From Candidatus Omnitrophota bacterium (GTDB taxonomy: Bacteria > Omnitrophota > Omnitrophia > Omnitrophales > Danuiimicrobiaceae): a stretch of 40,251 nucleotides of DNA. The notes below the pieces were generated by a model. The model saw only the letters and a program-made list of their open reading frames with translations. It was not told the origin of the DNA and did no database searches. Positions within the stretch are counted from its first letter, which is position 1. Each line of letters opens with the position of its first letter. The stretch spans positions 1-40,251 of the forward strand of contig JACOVU010000105.1 of assembly GCA_016177155.1 (NCBI GenBank), written 5' to 3'. The position numbers were made by a program, and so were the translations under genes. This document shows positions 1-8,934 of this stretch, one piece after another.

Positions 1-1
1 A

Positions 2-511
2 TTTAAAATTCTGGATGAAACCCTCGGTTCACTCATGGTGGGACTGCAAGTCCTCCCCAGCATTTGCTGGCTTCCACTTGCGATTCTTTGGTTCGGTTTA
101 AACGAACAAGCAATTCAATTTGTCATTATCATGGGTGCATTTCTTTCGATCGCAATTGCAACCGATAGCGGCATCCGGAACATCCCTCCCATTTATATTC
201 GTGCTGCTAAAACTATGGGAGTGAAGGGACTTGTGCTCTACGCGCGTGTAATTCTCCCCGCTGCCTTACCTTCCATTGCAACCGGAATGAAATTGGGCTG
301 GTCTTTCGCATGGCGTTCCTTAATGGCGGGGGAATTGATTTTTGTCAGTGTGGGACTCGGCCACTTACTTCAAATAGGACGCGAGCTAAACGATATGCCG
401 CAAGTGATGGCCGTTATGCTTTTAATCGTTTTCGTAGGTCTTCTATTCGATCAGTTGCTGTTTGCCAGATTCGAGAAAAAGCTCCGCCGACTATGGGGAG
501 TTGCCACTTAG
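2..511 (+). CDS. ABC transporter permease, C-terminal part (NitT/TauT-like, SsuC/TauC type); the 5' end is outside the window
   Basis: The frame is open from nt 2 (FKILDETLGSLMVGLQ...), so the ORF-track start at 35 is internal. Hydrophobic TM segments plus an EAA-type loop, AAKTMGVKGLVLYARVILPAALPSI. Confidence 0.8.
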   Translation, partial: FKILDETLGSLMVGLQVLPSICWLPLAILWFGLNEQAIQFVIIMGAFLSIAIATDSGIRNIPPIYIRAAKTMGVKGLVLYARVILPAALPSIATGMKLGWSFAWRSLMAGELIFVSVGLGHLLQIGRELNDMPQVMAVMLLIVFVGLLFDQLLFARFEKKLRRLWGVAT

Positions 512-1361
512 ATTTTGAAGGGGATTCTTCTATCTCTGTTTGCGGTTTCTCAATTAAAAAATTGCGAAAGTAAGCCTGAGACGTTGTTTGAGTATTGTCA
601 GAATCTGACATAATCCCAACGGCCATCACCTCACCTTTCGGTCGTTTTCCGAAAAGCATCTGATAATCTCGAACGAGGTCTCGTTTTTCGGTAACCCATC
701 CCGATGTTGAACCGCTTTGAATGACGATGAATTTAGTTTTTGGCGAAAAAGGACTGGTTGCATGCGCCCCTTCCGGAAAATGGTCATCCCACACATATTG
801 AATCACATCCGACATAAGTGTTGTTCTTCCTTTAAAGAGCACATAAACCCGCGCGGCAAAATCATTGTCGCGCTTTGCGGCTAAGTTTTTGTTTTCTTTG
901 TTCGATGGAAACTGAACGACCTTCCATTCCCAACTCAAAAAGGGCCGCTTGACGGATTTCGCCTCCACTTCTTTATACAAGAGCGAGGACGTTCCTTGAC
1001 TTGTGGCATGCAACCACTTTTCGCCCGTTTCCCCTACCTCAATCTGATAGGAGGTGCGGCCGTGAAACACATGTTCCTTCCATTCTTGAAAAAACTGAGC
1101 TTCGTTAAATTCAATTTTGAAGAAAGGTTCTAAAATAACATCGGCGGGAAGAGCATCCGAAATCGGGGAGCTCGGTGCGATTCGCCAAAAATAAAGAAGA
1201 CTGAGAAAAGTTAGGGCAAGAAGAAATAAAAATCCGAAAATAAAAAGATATTTTTTGGATGCGGGTTTCTTTGAAACTTCTTCCCCAAAAAAGGTTAATA
1301 CCTCTGCTTTTTGAGCGACATAAGATTTTTCGGTCAAGTTTTCTTCAGGTTCTTCTGGCAT
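414..1361 (-). CDS. Membrane-anchored hypothetical protein, DUF3047-like (family assignment from memory)
   Basis: 315-aa ORF with an N-terminal TM helix (YLFIFGFLFLLALTFLSLLYFW). The motifs LSWEWKVV and RDNDFAARVYVLF resemble DUF3047. The last ~45 aa read through the 3' end of the convergent permease gene. Confidence 0.55.
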   Translation of the reverse strand: MPEEPEENLTEKSYVAQKAEVLTFFGEEVSKKPASKKYLFIFGFLFLLALTFLSLLYFWRIAPSSPISDALPADVILEPFFKIEFNEAQFFQEWKEHVFHGRTSYQIEVGETGEKWLHATSQGTSSLLYKEVEAKSVKRPFLSWEWKVVQFPSNKENKNLAAKRDNDFAARVYVLFKGRTTLMSDVIQYVWDDHFPEGAHATSPFSPKTKFIVIQSGSTSGWVTEKRDLVRDYQMLFGKRPKGEVMAVGIMSDSDNTQTTSQAYFRNFLIEKPQTEIEESPSKSKWQLPIVGGAFSRIWQTATDRIEDLRKRLKA

Positions 1362-1364
1362 AAA

Positions 1365-2345
1365 TTATGAGCGGTCAAAAATAGAAAGTTCGCATGCTCC
1401 TCCCCAAATCTCTCCTGGTTCTAACACTTTAATTCCCGTTCCTTGCCACCGTTCGGCATACAAATTAAACCCATTGTTCACGTGAGTCACAGGCTCGACC
1501 GCAACAAAATCGCGGGGGCTTGAGCCATCTGATTCATTTGGTGCATATACTACCACGTGACTGAAAACCGGATCAATCCGATAATGAACCTCGACTTCCG
1601 AACCAGGATAAATGAGTCGAATCACATTTCCGGTAAGTCCCGTATAACAATCGTCTAAGTTAGGACTCCCAAGCCACCGTTCTGACCTTAAATCGGCTGC
1701 GCCGGAAACGGCTACCGCCGGTCCGGTCGGAATACATTTTTCATCGGGATAAACTTTCTCGGCTGGAAGAATGACCATAACATCTTCGTCCTGTTTCGTA
1801 AGGCATCTTTTGAAAAAAGGATGAAAACCAAAACCGACGGGCGCGCGTTTGGTATCCACGTTCTCAATAAAAAGCGACATCCCAAGTTGATTGTGAGAAA
1901 GTTCTAGGCTGTGTTTGAATTTGAGCTTAAATGGAAAGTTGAAATCTGGAAAATTCCGAGAATCCAAAACTGCTTCAAATTTTTCCGGCGTCGAACGCAC
2001 GATTTGCCAGGGACGCGTTCTGACATCTCCATGAATGGCTGTTTCATCAGGAAAGTTTTTACGAAGCTGATATGTCTTTCCTTCAAACTTGAAAACACCC
2101 TGAACGATTCGGTTCGACCAGGGCGACATGACGTAAGAACCGAAATGAAGCTTTGTCTCTTCGCAAGAAAGCGGTTTGAGAAGGTCGATCCATTCCCCTC
2201 TTAGATAAGCGCGAAGGGTTTGCCAATGACAACCGTGCTCGGGAATGAAGACAAGTTCCAGTTGGTCATTTTGAATGGTTTGAATTCGAAAGCGACCTAG
2301 AAAGTCTTCTTGAACCTTTTGCTTTTGATGCTGATTTTGTGCCAT
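1365..2345 (-). CDS. Aldose 1-epimerase (galactose mutarotase-like) family protein
   Basis: The motifs IHGDVRTRPW, GFGFHPFF and VAVEPVTHVNNGFN are typical of the aldose-1-epimerase fold. The ATG at 2345 (MAQNQ...) is preferred over the ORF-track start at 2387. Confidence 0.75.
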   Translation of the reverse strand: MAQNQHQKQKVQEDFLGRFRIQTIQNDQLELVFIPEHGCHWQTLRAYLRGEWIDLLKPLSCEETKLHFGSYVMSPWSNRIVQGVFKFEGKTYQLRKNFPDETAIHGDVRTRPWQIVRSTPEKFEAVLDSRNFPDFNFPFKLKFKHSLELSHNQLGMSLFIENVDTKRAPVGFGFHPFFKRCLTKQDEDVMVILPAEKVYPDEKCIPTGPAVAVSGAADLRSERWLGSPNLDDCYTGLTGNVIRLIYPGSEVEVHYRIDPVFSHVVVYAPNESDGSSPRDFVAVEPVTHVNNGFNLYAERWQGTGIKVLEPGEIWGGACELSIFDRS

Positions 2346-2413
2346 AATAAACCCGAAGTTAATGAATTTTATGCGCTTCCATACCACCTGTCAATGAAAG
2401 AAGCCCGTAACTT

Positions 2414-3586
2414 ATGCTGACATCACGAACGAATTGGAAGTTCAATCCAAACCAACTCAGCACAACCTTAACACAATTAAAAGCGTCTGGGACCCCGGTT
2501 CTCGACCTGACTGAGTCAAATCCCACCCATTGCCAATTTGAATATTTAAACGCACACCAATTGCTTTCTCCGCTGACAGACTCGCAGAATCTCTGTTACG
2601 AACCAGATCCGAAAGGAAAATTAGAGGCTCGGAAAATAGTTCAGAATTACTACCGAGAAAAAGAGATCGAAGTTGATCTCCAAAATATTTTCCTCACGGC
2701 CAGCACGAGTGAGGCCTACTCCTTTCTCTTTAAACTTCTCGTCAATCCAAACGAACGAGCCCTCATCCCCCAGCCAAGTTACCCGCTCTTTCATTTTCTG
2801 GCGGACTTAAACGATGTAGAACTTGTCCCCTATTCTCTGCGCCATAACGGGGAGGCTTGGCAAATCGATCTGAAACATTTGGTGGCTCAATGTGATTCTA
2901 AAACTAAAGCCATGATTCTGGTCCACCCCAATAACCCGACCGGATCATTTGTAAAAAAAGACGAACTTAAAGCGCTCGTTCAAGTCGCAAAAGAGAGGTC
3001 GCTTGCGTTGATCTCAGATGAAGTTTTTTCGGATTATTCCTTTCAGGAGGATGAGAAACGCGTTGGAAGCTTAGCTGGAAATGCGAGCGAAGTTTTAACT
3101 TTTACGCTCAGCGGGATTTCAAAAATATTAGGACTTCCTCAAATGAAACTGGCTTGGATCGTTGCGGATGGCCCAGAACCCATCCTGAAACCCTTGCTCG
3201 AACGGCTCGAACTCATCTCAGACACCTACCTTTCCGTAAATACGCCTGTTCAAAACGCGCTCTCCTCATGGTTTCAATTGAAAAACGAAATCCAGAAGGA
3301 AATTAAAACGCGGGTTCGAAATAATTACTCGTTTCTTGAAAAACAGCTTGAAAAAAATACGCTTGCGAACCTTTTGCCATTAGAAGGCGGATGGTACGCA
3401 ACGATGAAAATTCCAAATACAAAAAGCGAAGAAGAATGGACGCTAGAATTTTTAGAGCAAGCGCACGTTTATGTACATCCAGGCTACTTTTTTGATTTTG
3501 CAGAAGAGGCGTATGTGGTCTTGAGTCTTCTCCCTCCGGAAAAGACATTCCAAGAAGGTGTGGAACGAATTTTGAAACGCTTATGA
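2414..3586 (+). CDS. PLP-dependent aminotransferase, class I/II
   Basis: 390-aa ORF with HPNNPTGS and LSGISKILGLPQMKLAW (PLP-lysine region). Confidence 0.85.
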   Translation: MLTSRTNWKFNPNQLSTTLTQLKASGTPVLDLTESNPTHCQFEYLNAHQLLSPLTDSQNLCYEPDPKGKLEARKIVQNYYREKEIEVDLQNIFLTASTSEAYSFLFKLLVNPNERALIPQPSYPLFHFLADLNDVELVPYSLRHNGEAWQIDLKHLVAQCDSKTKAMILVHPNNPTGSFVKKDELKALVQVAKERSLALISDEVFSDYSFQEDEKRVGSLAGNASEVLTFTLSGISKILGLPQMKLAWIVADGPEPILKPLLERLELISDTYLSVNTPVQNALSSWFQLKNEIQKEIKTRVRNNYSFLEKQLEKNTLANLLPLEGGWYATMKIPNTKSEEEWTLEFLEQAHVYVHPGYFFDFAEEAYVVLSLLPPEKTFQEGVERILKRL

Positions 3587-4600
3587 GATAAGTGCTTTCT
3601 CGACCAACTTGAGTGAATTCAAAAACGCGGTGGGAAATGCTTTATTTTGGTAGGCAATATCGAACGCTGTGCCGTGGTCCGGTGACGTTCGAAGATAAGG
3701 AAGTCCAAGCGTCACATTTACGCCTTCTTGAAAGGCAATCATCTTAAAAGGAGCGAGCCCCTGATCGTGATACATAGCGATCACAGCATCGAGCCGACCT
3801 TCGTAAGCATCGTAAAAGATTTGATCGCCCGGAAAAGGCCCTTGGACATCGATTCCTTTCTTCTGAGCTACTTGAATCGCTGGAAGAATAATTTCCTCCT
3901 CCTCTGTTCCGAATTCGCTTCCGTGAGGATTTAAAGCCGACACCCCAATCTTTGGTTTCTTTATCTTGAGGGAGCGTCTCAAGAAGTCATCCGTGAGAGA
4001 AATTTTCGCTATCAGATCCTCCGTTTTAATGGAGTGCGCTACCTTCTTGAGCGGGACATGAATCGTAGCCAATGTTACACGGAGCCGGTTGCTTACGAAC
4101 ATCATCGCAAATTCTTTTATCTTTGCAATTTTTGCCAAGTATTCCGTGTGCCCCAAAAATTTTGGATCGATCAACCGCATCGCGGTTTTATGGATGGGGG
4201 CAGTGACAATGCCCTGCACCAAATCACAAGTCGCCTGATAGGCAGCTACCTTCAAAGCGGAATAGGCCAGTGCTGCATTCCAGCGCGAAACCTCGCCCAC
4301 GGAAAAAACTTCATCTTTGGGTCGGTTCGTGCCAAATACCTGCTCATACAAAGCTTCAGCTTCTTGGGTAATGTCTAGAAAATTGACTTGGCCTTCCTCA
4401 AGGAAAGAACGTTCAAGCGTTGGAACGAGATGCGGCCTGAAATAGATATTGGAACGTTCGCTCGCATACTGAAAGACCTCTTCGCTTCCAATGACCATGT
4501 AGGTCACTTGCACAAGTGACATTTTCTCAAGAGCCTTGATGATCATTTCCGGACCGATCCCGCCAGGATCGCCCATGGTAACAGCAATGATAGGTTTCAT
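3581..4600 (-). CDS. pdxA: 4-hydroxythreonine-4-phosphate dehydrogenase
   Basis: 339 aa with MGDPGGIGPE, GHTEYLA, NPHGSEFG and SPDHGTAFDIA, all PdxA signatures. A 9-nt SD (AAGGAGGTG) lies 5 nt upstream of the ATG. Confidence 0.93.
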   Translation of the reverse strand: MKPIIAVTMGDPGGIGPEMIIKALEKMSLVQVTYMVIGSEEVFQYASERSNIYFRPHLVPTLERSFLEEGQVNFLDITQEAEALYEQVFGTNRPKDEVFSVGEVSRWNAALAYSALKVAAYQATCDLVQGIVTAPIHKTAMRLIDPKFLGHTEYLAKIAKIKEFAMMFVSNRLRVTLATIHVPLKKVAHSIKTEDLIAKISLTDDFLRRSLKIKKPKIGVSALNPHGSEFGTEEEEIILPAIQVAQKKGIDVQGPFPGDQIFYDAYEGRLDAVIAMYHDQGLAPFKMIAFQEGVNVTLGLPYLRTSPDHGTAFDIAYQNKAFPTAFLNSLKLVEKALIS

Positions 4601-4704
4601 CCCACCACCTCCTTGTTTCCCTGAAGGGGAAATTTCATCTGAAATGAAAGAACGTGCTCTGCCCTTTTATCAAAGCACGTTCTTTCCAAGGAGGTGGTTG
4701 GGAT
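4599..4704 (-). repeat. Stop-to-start bridging hairpin, copy A1 (surA-like to pdxA)
   Basis: 4599-4615 pairs with 4687-4704: 17 bp with a 1-nt bulge, plus-strand arms atcccaccacctccttg / caaggaggtggttgggat. The 3' arm on the sense strand ends in the pdxA ATG. The interior holds a 13-bp hairpin (4646-4658 with 4674-4686). Confidence 0.7.
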
Positions 4705-4722
4705 CATGAGGAAGAAAGTAAC

Positions 4723-5703
4723 TCAGCGAATCGAGATGTAGGATTTCTTTTTAAGTTCATCCATCCACGTCGTAAAACGTTCGTGGGCTTTTTTTCGGTA
4801 GAGTTTTTCCGTGATTTCTTCACGTGCTTCTTCAAACGTCTTTTGGGAAGCGCGCTCTTTCTTACTCACTTTAAAGATGTGATAAGCTTCTTCCGTTTCC
4901 AAAACTTCTGAGACACCACCTTCGGGAAGCAAGAAAAGAATTTGATCGATATGGTTCAGCATTTCACCCCGGTGAATTATTCCCATCAATCCGCCTTTCT
5001 CAGCATAAGAATCTTTAGAATTTTCTTGGGCCAACTTTCCAAAATCAGCTCCCTGTTTGATTTTGGCAATTAAGTCAGCAGCTTTCCGTTTGGCTTCTTC
5101 ATCCATCATCCCCTTTTTGATCGTCTCCTCATTTTTGGGAAGGGTGATACACCAAACGTTCAGGCGCTCTTTTGTAGAAAATTCTTCTGGATGCGCTTTG
5201 TAATACTCCTCGATTTCGGTAGGAGCAATCATTACTTTGGAGCGAATCATGCCTTGATGGAGTTTCATAATCGTAATCCGCTCGCGAAACCGTTTTTCAA
5301 TCTCGGTCTGGCTGACTCCTGCTTTCTTCATTTCATTCTCAAACTGAGCTTCATCTGGAAATTGGGACTTAAATTGCGCCATTTCTTCCTGGAGCTCAGA
5401 ATCACTGACCGTAATACCAAGCTTCACAGCTTCTTGATAGACGAGACGGTCTTCAATCAATTGGTTCAATAGTTTCAGCCGGAGACCTTCCAACTCCTCC
5501 TGAAGATTTGAACCCTGGTAAGCAGCTTTCACCTGCTCATAGATGGGCCGAAAGAGGAGGTCGAGCTCACTTTGCGTAATCACATCATCGTTGACCACAG
5601 CAACGACGCGGTCAACCAGCTGACGATCTTCAGAATACGCAAGCGAGACCGTTACGAACACCGATAAGAACAAGCCTAAGAGGAATACCGTTAATTTTTT
5701 CAT
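4723..5703 (-). CDS. SurA-like periplasmic chaperone / PpiC-type peptidyl-prolyl isomerase
   Basis: 326 aa with a signal peptide (MKKLTVFLLGLFLSVFVTVSLA), a SurA N-terminal-like helical region and a rotamase-like C-terminal half. It sits directly upstream of pdxA, as in the classical surA-pdxA arrangement. Confidence 0.8.
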   Translation of the reverse strand: MKKLTVFLLGLFLSVFVTVSLAYSEDRQLVDRVVAVVNDDVITQSELDLLFRPIYEQVKAAYQGSNLQEELEGLRLKLLNQLIEDRLVYQEAVKLGITVSDSELQEEMAQFKSQFPDEAQFENEMKKAGVSQTEIEKRFRERITIMKLHQGMIRSKVMIAPTEIEEYYKAHPEEFSTKERLNVWCITLPKNEETIKKGMMDEEAKRKAADLIAKIKQGADFGKLAQENSKDSYAEKGGLMGIIHRGEMLNHIDQILFLLPEGGVSEVLETEEAYHIFKVSKKERASQKTFEEAREEITEKLYRKKAHERFTTWMDELKKKSYISIR

Positions 5704-5743
5704 GAATTAGAAGCTCGTAAAATAACACAGCTTAGGGGTAGAT

Positions 5744-7672
5744 TCAATCCCTCCCTTTTTCCTCTTGAATTGCCTCTTTGAGCATGCGGCAGTAAAGATC
5801 AAACCCCACTTGGTAGATAAATCCGCTCTGCTCGTGCCCTAGCACGTTTCCTGCGCCTCGGATTTCAAGATCTTCCAGCGCAATTTTAAGACCAGAGCCC
5901 AATTCACTGAACCGTTCAATGGCAGCAAGCCTTTTTTCAGCATCTTGGGTCAACACCCAATCTCGGGGAACAAGAAAATAGGCATAAGCCTGACGAGCAG
6001 TATGATAACGCCCCACCCGACCCCGCAATTGATAGAGATCCGAAAGCCCAAACGTGTCTGCACGATTGATGAGGATTGTATTCACATTGGGAATGTCGAT
6101 TCCTGATTCGATGATATTGGTGGAAACCAAACAATCAATCTTACCATCAATAAAATCCGACATCACTTTCTCAAGACTCGTCACGGGAAGTTGACCATGG
6201 GCAACCCCGAATGAGACATGCGGCAACAATTTTTTTAAGTAATTGTAAATCTTCTCGATAGACTCAACGCGATTGTGCACAAAATAAACCTGCCCTTTTC
6301 GCCCAAGCTCCCGCTCCATTGCCTGTTTGATTCGCAAATCATCAAATTCCAGAATTTCCGTAGTGATCGGAAGTCTTTGCTTCGGCGGCGTTTCAATCAC
6401 GGATAAATCGCGAACCCCAAGCAATGAAAGATGAAGCGTTCTCGGAATGGGCGTTGCTGTAAGTGTAAGCATATCAACGGTTTCCCGCAAGAACTTAAGG
6501 CGTTCTTTATGACGTACTCCAAAACGTTGCTCCTCATCTATAATCACAAGTCCCAAATCTTTAAACTCCACATCTTTGGAAAGAAGTCTGTGAGTTCCTA
6601 TAATGACGTCTATCTTTCCTTCTTTAAGCGCTTGAATGACTTTCTTTTGATTTCGTTTATCCAGGTAGCGGGAAAGAAGCTCAATTTCAACGGGCATCTG
6701 GTCCATCCTACGTTTCATCGTTAAATAATGTTGTTCGGCAAGTAACGTAGTTGGCACAAGGACGGCCACCTGTTTCCCCGCAAGGACAGCTTTAAAAGCG
6801 GCTCGAACGGCAACCTCCGTTTTCCCAAATCCAACATCTCCACAAAGCAATCGATCCATCGGCTTCGCCTGTTCCATATCACGTTTGACTTCTTCGGTGG
6901 CGCGTCTCTGATCCGGCGTTTCCTCATAGGAGAACGATTGTTCAAATTCGCGTTGTAACTCGGTGTTCGCTGGAAATTTGAAACCTGGGAGAATGCTTCG
7001 TCTTGCCTGAAGCGCTACCATCTCACGAGCAATCCCGCGAACCGCTAGACGCGTGCGTTCTTTAATCCGAACCCATTCTTTGCTCTGAAGCTTGGTGAGC
7101 TTCGGTTTTTTCCCTTCGAGACCTAGGTAACGCTCTAAAAACTGATGCTGGTCAAAGGGAAGATAAATAATTTCTTGATCGGCATACTCAATGGCAAGGT
7201 GTTTCTTGGGCGCACCTGAAATTTTGAGCGTTTTTGTGCCAAGGAACTTCCCAATTCCATATTCGATATGAACCACATAATCTCCCACCTGAATATCTTC
7301 AAGCTCACCGATAGGCTCAAATTCTTCGAGATGCGCCTTGAGACGCGCTCTTCTCCTTAAGAACGCTTCCGTAACTGGAAGCAGAAAGAGTTCTTCAAAG
7401 GTCGTCAGGCTTTTTCCTTCGTGAAGGGAATAATCACGAATCGTTTCAATGGCATCGAGGTGAAACTGAATTCGGATGGGAGCGCGGTACGAAAGCGGGT
7501 ACACATCAATGATGTGGCCGCGAACTGCATATTGACCGGGTTCTTCGACTACTTTTTCCTCTTGATAACCAAGGGTGTGTAACTTTTGGAGGAGTTCGTC
7601 CTGGGGAATTGACTCCCCGCTTCTTAAGCGGAAAACGTTAAGGTCTAACGGGGCTAAATTTTTTTCAGCCAT
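5744..7672 (-). CDS. mfd: Transcription-repair coupling factor, short form (D2-like module, RNAP-interaction domain and translocase only)
   Basis: 642 aa. Contains CarD/TRCF RID GDYVVHIEYGIGKFLG; helicase motifs GDVGFGKTEVA, DEEQRFGV, TATPIPRT and QLRGRVGR; and the TRG region LGHEQSG. An in-frame stop lies 13 codons upstream of the ATG. Confidence 0.9.
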   Translation of the reverse strand: MAEKNLAPLDLNVFRLRSGESIPQDELLQKLHTLGYQEEKVVEEPGQYAVRGHIIDVYPLSYRAPIRIQFHLDAIETIRDYSLHEGKSLTTFEELFLLPVTEAFLRRRARLKAHLEEFEPIGELEDIQVGDYVVHIEYGIGKFLGTKTLKISGAPKKHLAIEYADQEIIYLPFDQHQFLERYLGLEGKKPKLTKLQSKEWVRIKERTRLAVRGIAREMVALQARRSILPGFKFPANTELQREFEQSFSYEETPDQRRATEEVKRDMEQAKPMDRLLCGDVGFGKTEVAVRAAFKAVLAGKQVAVLVPTTLLAEQHYLTMKRRMDQMPVEIELLSRYLDKRNQKKVIQALKEGKIDVIIGTHRLLSKDVEFKDLGLVIIDEEQRFGVRHKERLKFLRETVDMLTLTATPIPRTLHLSLLGVRDLSVIETPPKQRLPITTEILEFDDLRIKQAMERELGRKGQVYFVHNRVESIEKIYNYLKKLLPHVSFGVAHGQLPVTSLEKVMSDFIDGKIDCLVSTNIIESGIDIPNVNTILINRADTFGLSDLYQLRGRVGRYHTARQAYAYFLVPRDWVLTQDAEKRLAAIERFSELGSGLKIALEDLEIRGAGNVLGHEQSGFIYQVGFDLYCRMLKEAIQEEKGRD

Positions 7673-7720
7673 GACTTTCCATTGAATAACCGTTCGATTA
7701 TTTATCGGAAGTCATGACAG
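7666..7720 (-). repeat. Hairpin repeat, family B, copy B1 (covers the mfd start codon)
   Basis: catgactttcc (7670-7680) pairs with ggaagtcatg (7707-7716). The sequence aligns with copies at 39962-40020 and 40119-40180. Confidence 0.65.
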
Positions 7721-7753
7721 TCCCGAAACCACCTTTTAAGTAAAAAAAATGAA

Positions 7754-8923
7754 TTAATGGAAGTTTCGGGACAGCCATTCGCGAATGCGCGAAATCCCTT
7801 TTTCGATCAGCTCTTCGGAAGTTGCAAAACTAATTCGGATCGCTTGGTCATCTCCAAACGCAACACCAGGGACAACCGCAACTTTCGCCTGGTCGAGCAA
7901 ACCTTCTGAAAACTGAAGGGACTTCATGTTTGTTGCAGAAATACCAACAAAGAGGTAAAACGCCCCGCTCGGCTTAAAGGGTTTGAGTTTTGGAATATCG
8001 CTCACGAGACGGAACATCAGGTCGCGTCTCGTTTCAAAAGCAGCACACATCCGCTTCACATCCGCTTCACCGCTTTTGAGCGCCTCTAAATAGCCTGCTT
8101 GTGCAAACGAAGTGGGATTTGAAGTCGAATGGCTTTGAAGAGAGGCACAGGCTTCCGCAATGGGCTTGTCCGATGCTGAAAATCCAAGACGCCAGCCAGT
8201 CATCGCATAGCTTTTGCTCGCTCCACCAACGGTAATCACCCGATCAAAAATGCTGGGATCGAGCGCTCCAATGGAGTGGTGTCTCTGGCCGTCGAAAAGA
8301 AGCTTTTCATAAATTTCATCGCTCAGAATAAAAAAGGAATGCTTTCTCGCAATCTGGACGATTTCCATTAAAAGCTCTCTCGATAGAACCGCCCCTGTAG
8401 GATTGGAGGGTGAATTCAGAATCAGGAGTTTTGTTTTTTTTGTAACGAGTTTCTCAAGCGCTTTTGGAGAAGGGACATAACCATCCTTAAGTTCCGTTCT
8501 CAAAATCACGGATTTTCCACCCGCTAAAGTAACCATCTCAGGGTAGCTTAACCAGTAAGGAGAAAGAAGGATGACCTCATCCCCTTCTTCGATAAGCACT
8601 TGCAACATATTGTAGATGGAGTGTTTTGCACCACAGGAAACGACAATTTGTTCGGGACTGTAATTCAGCTGGTTTTCGCGGGAAAGCTTCTCGGCGATCG
8701 CCTTCCTCAATTCCAAAGTACCGGAAGCAGGAGTGTACTTGGTAAACCCCTTCGCGAGGGAATTAATGGCAGCCTTTTTAATTGGTTCAGGAGTGTCAAA
8801 ATCAGGTTCGCCTGCGGAAAAAGAAACGACATCTACACCCTCTTGCTTCAGACGTTTTGCCTTGGCCTCGATCGCAAGAGTGAGCGAAGGAGTAACGCTT
8901 CGAATGCGTTTGGCGAGATTCAT
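7754..8923 (-). CDS. Aspartate/aromatic aminotransferase (class I)
   Basis: 389 aa with NSPSNPTGAV and SKSYAMTGWRLGF (PLP lysine), typical of AspC-type enzymes. Confidence 0.9.
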   Translation of the reverse strand: MNLAKRIRSVTPSLTLAIEAKAKRLKQEGVDVVSFSAGEPDFDTPEPIKKAAINSLAKGFTKYTPASGTLELRKAIAEKLSRENQLNYSPEQIVVSCGAKHSIYNMLQVLIEEGDEVILLSPYWLSYPEMVTLAGGKSVILRTELKDGYVPSPKALEKLVTKKTKLLILNSPSNPTGAVLSRELLMEIVQIARKHSFFILSDEIYEKLLFDGQRHHSIGALDPSIFDRVITVGGASKSYAMTGWRLGFSASDKPIAEACASLQSHSTSNPTSFAQAGYLEALKSGEADVKRMCAAFETRRDLMFRLVSDIPKLKPFKPSGAFYLFVGISATNMKSLQFSEGLLDQAKVAVVPGVAFGDDQAIRISFATSEELIEKGISRIREWLSRNFH

Positions 8924-8934
8924 AAAAAGTTTTG

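Noticed and set aside
1904-2204. Overlapping 64-aa and 97-aa ORFs inside the aldose-epimerase gene
   Set aside because: They are out of frame or antisense within a well-supported CDS and have no independent support.
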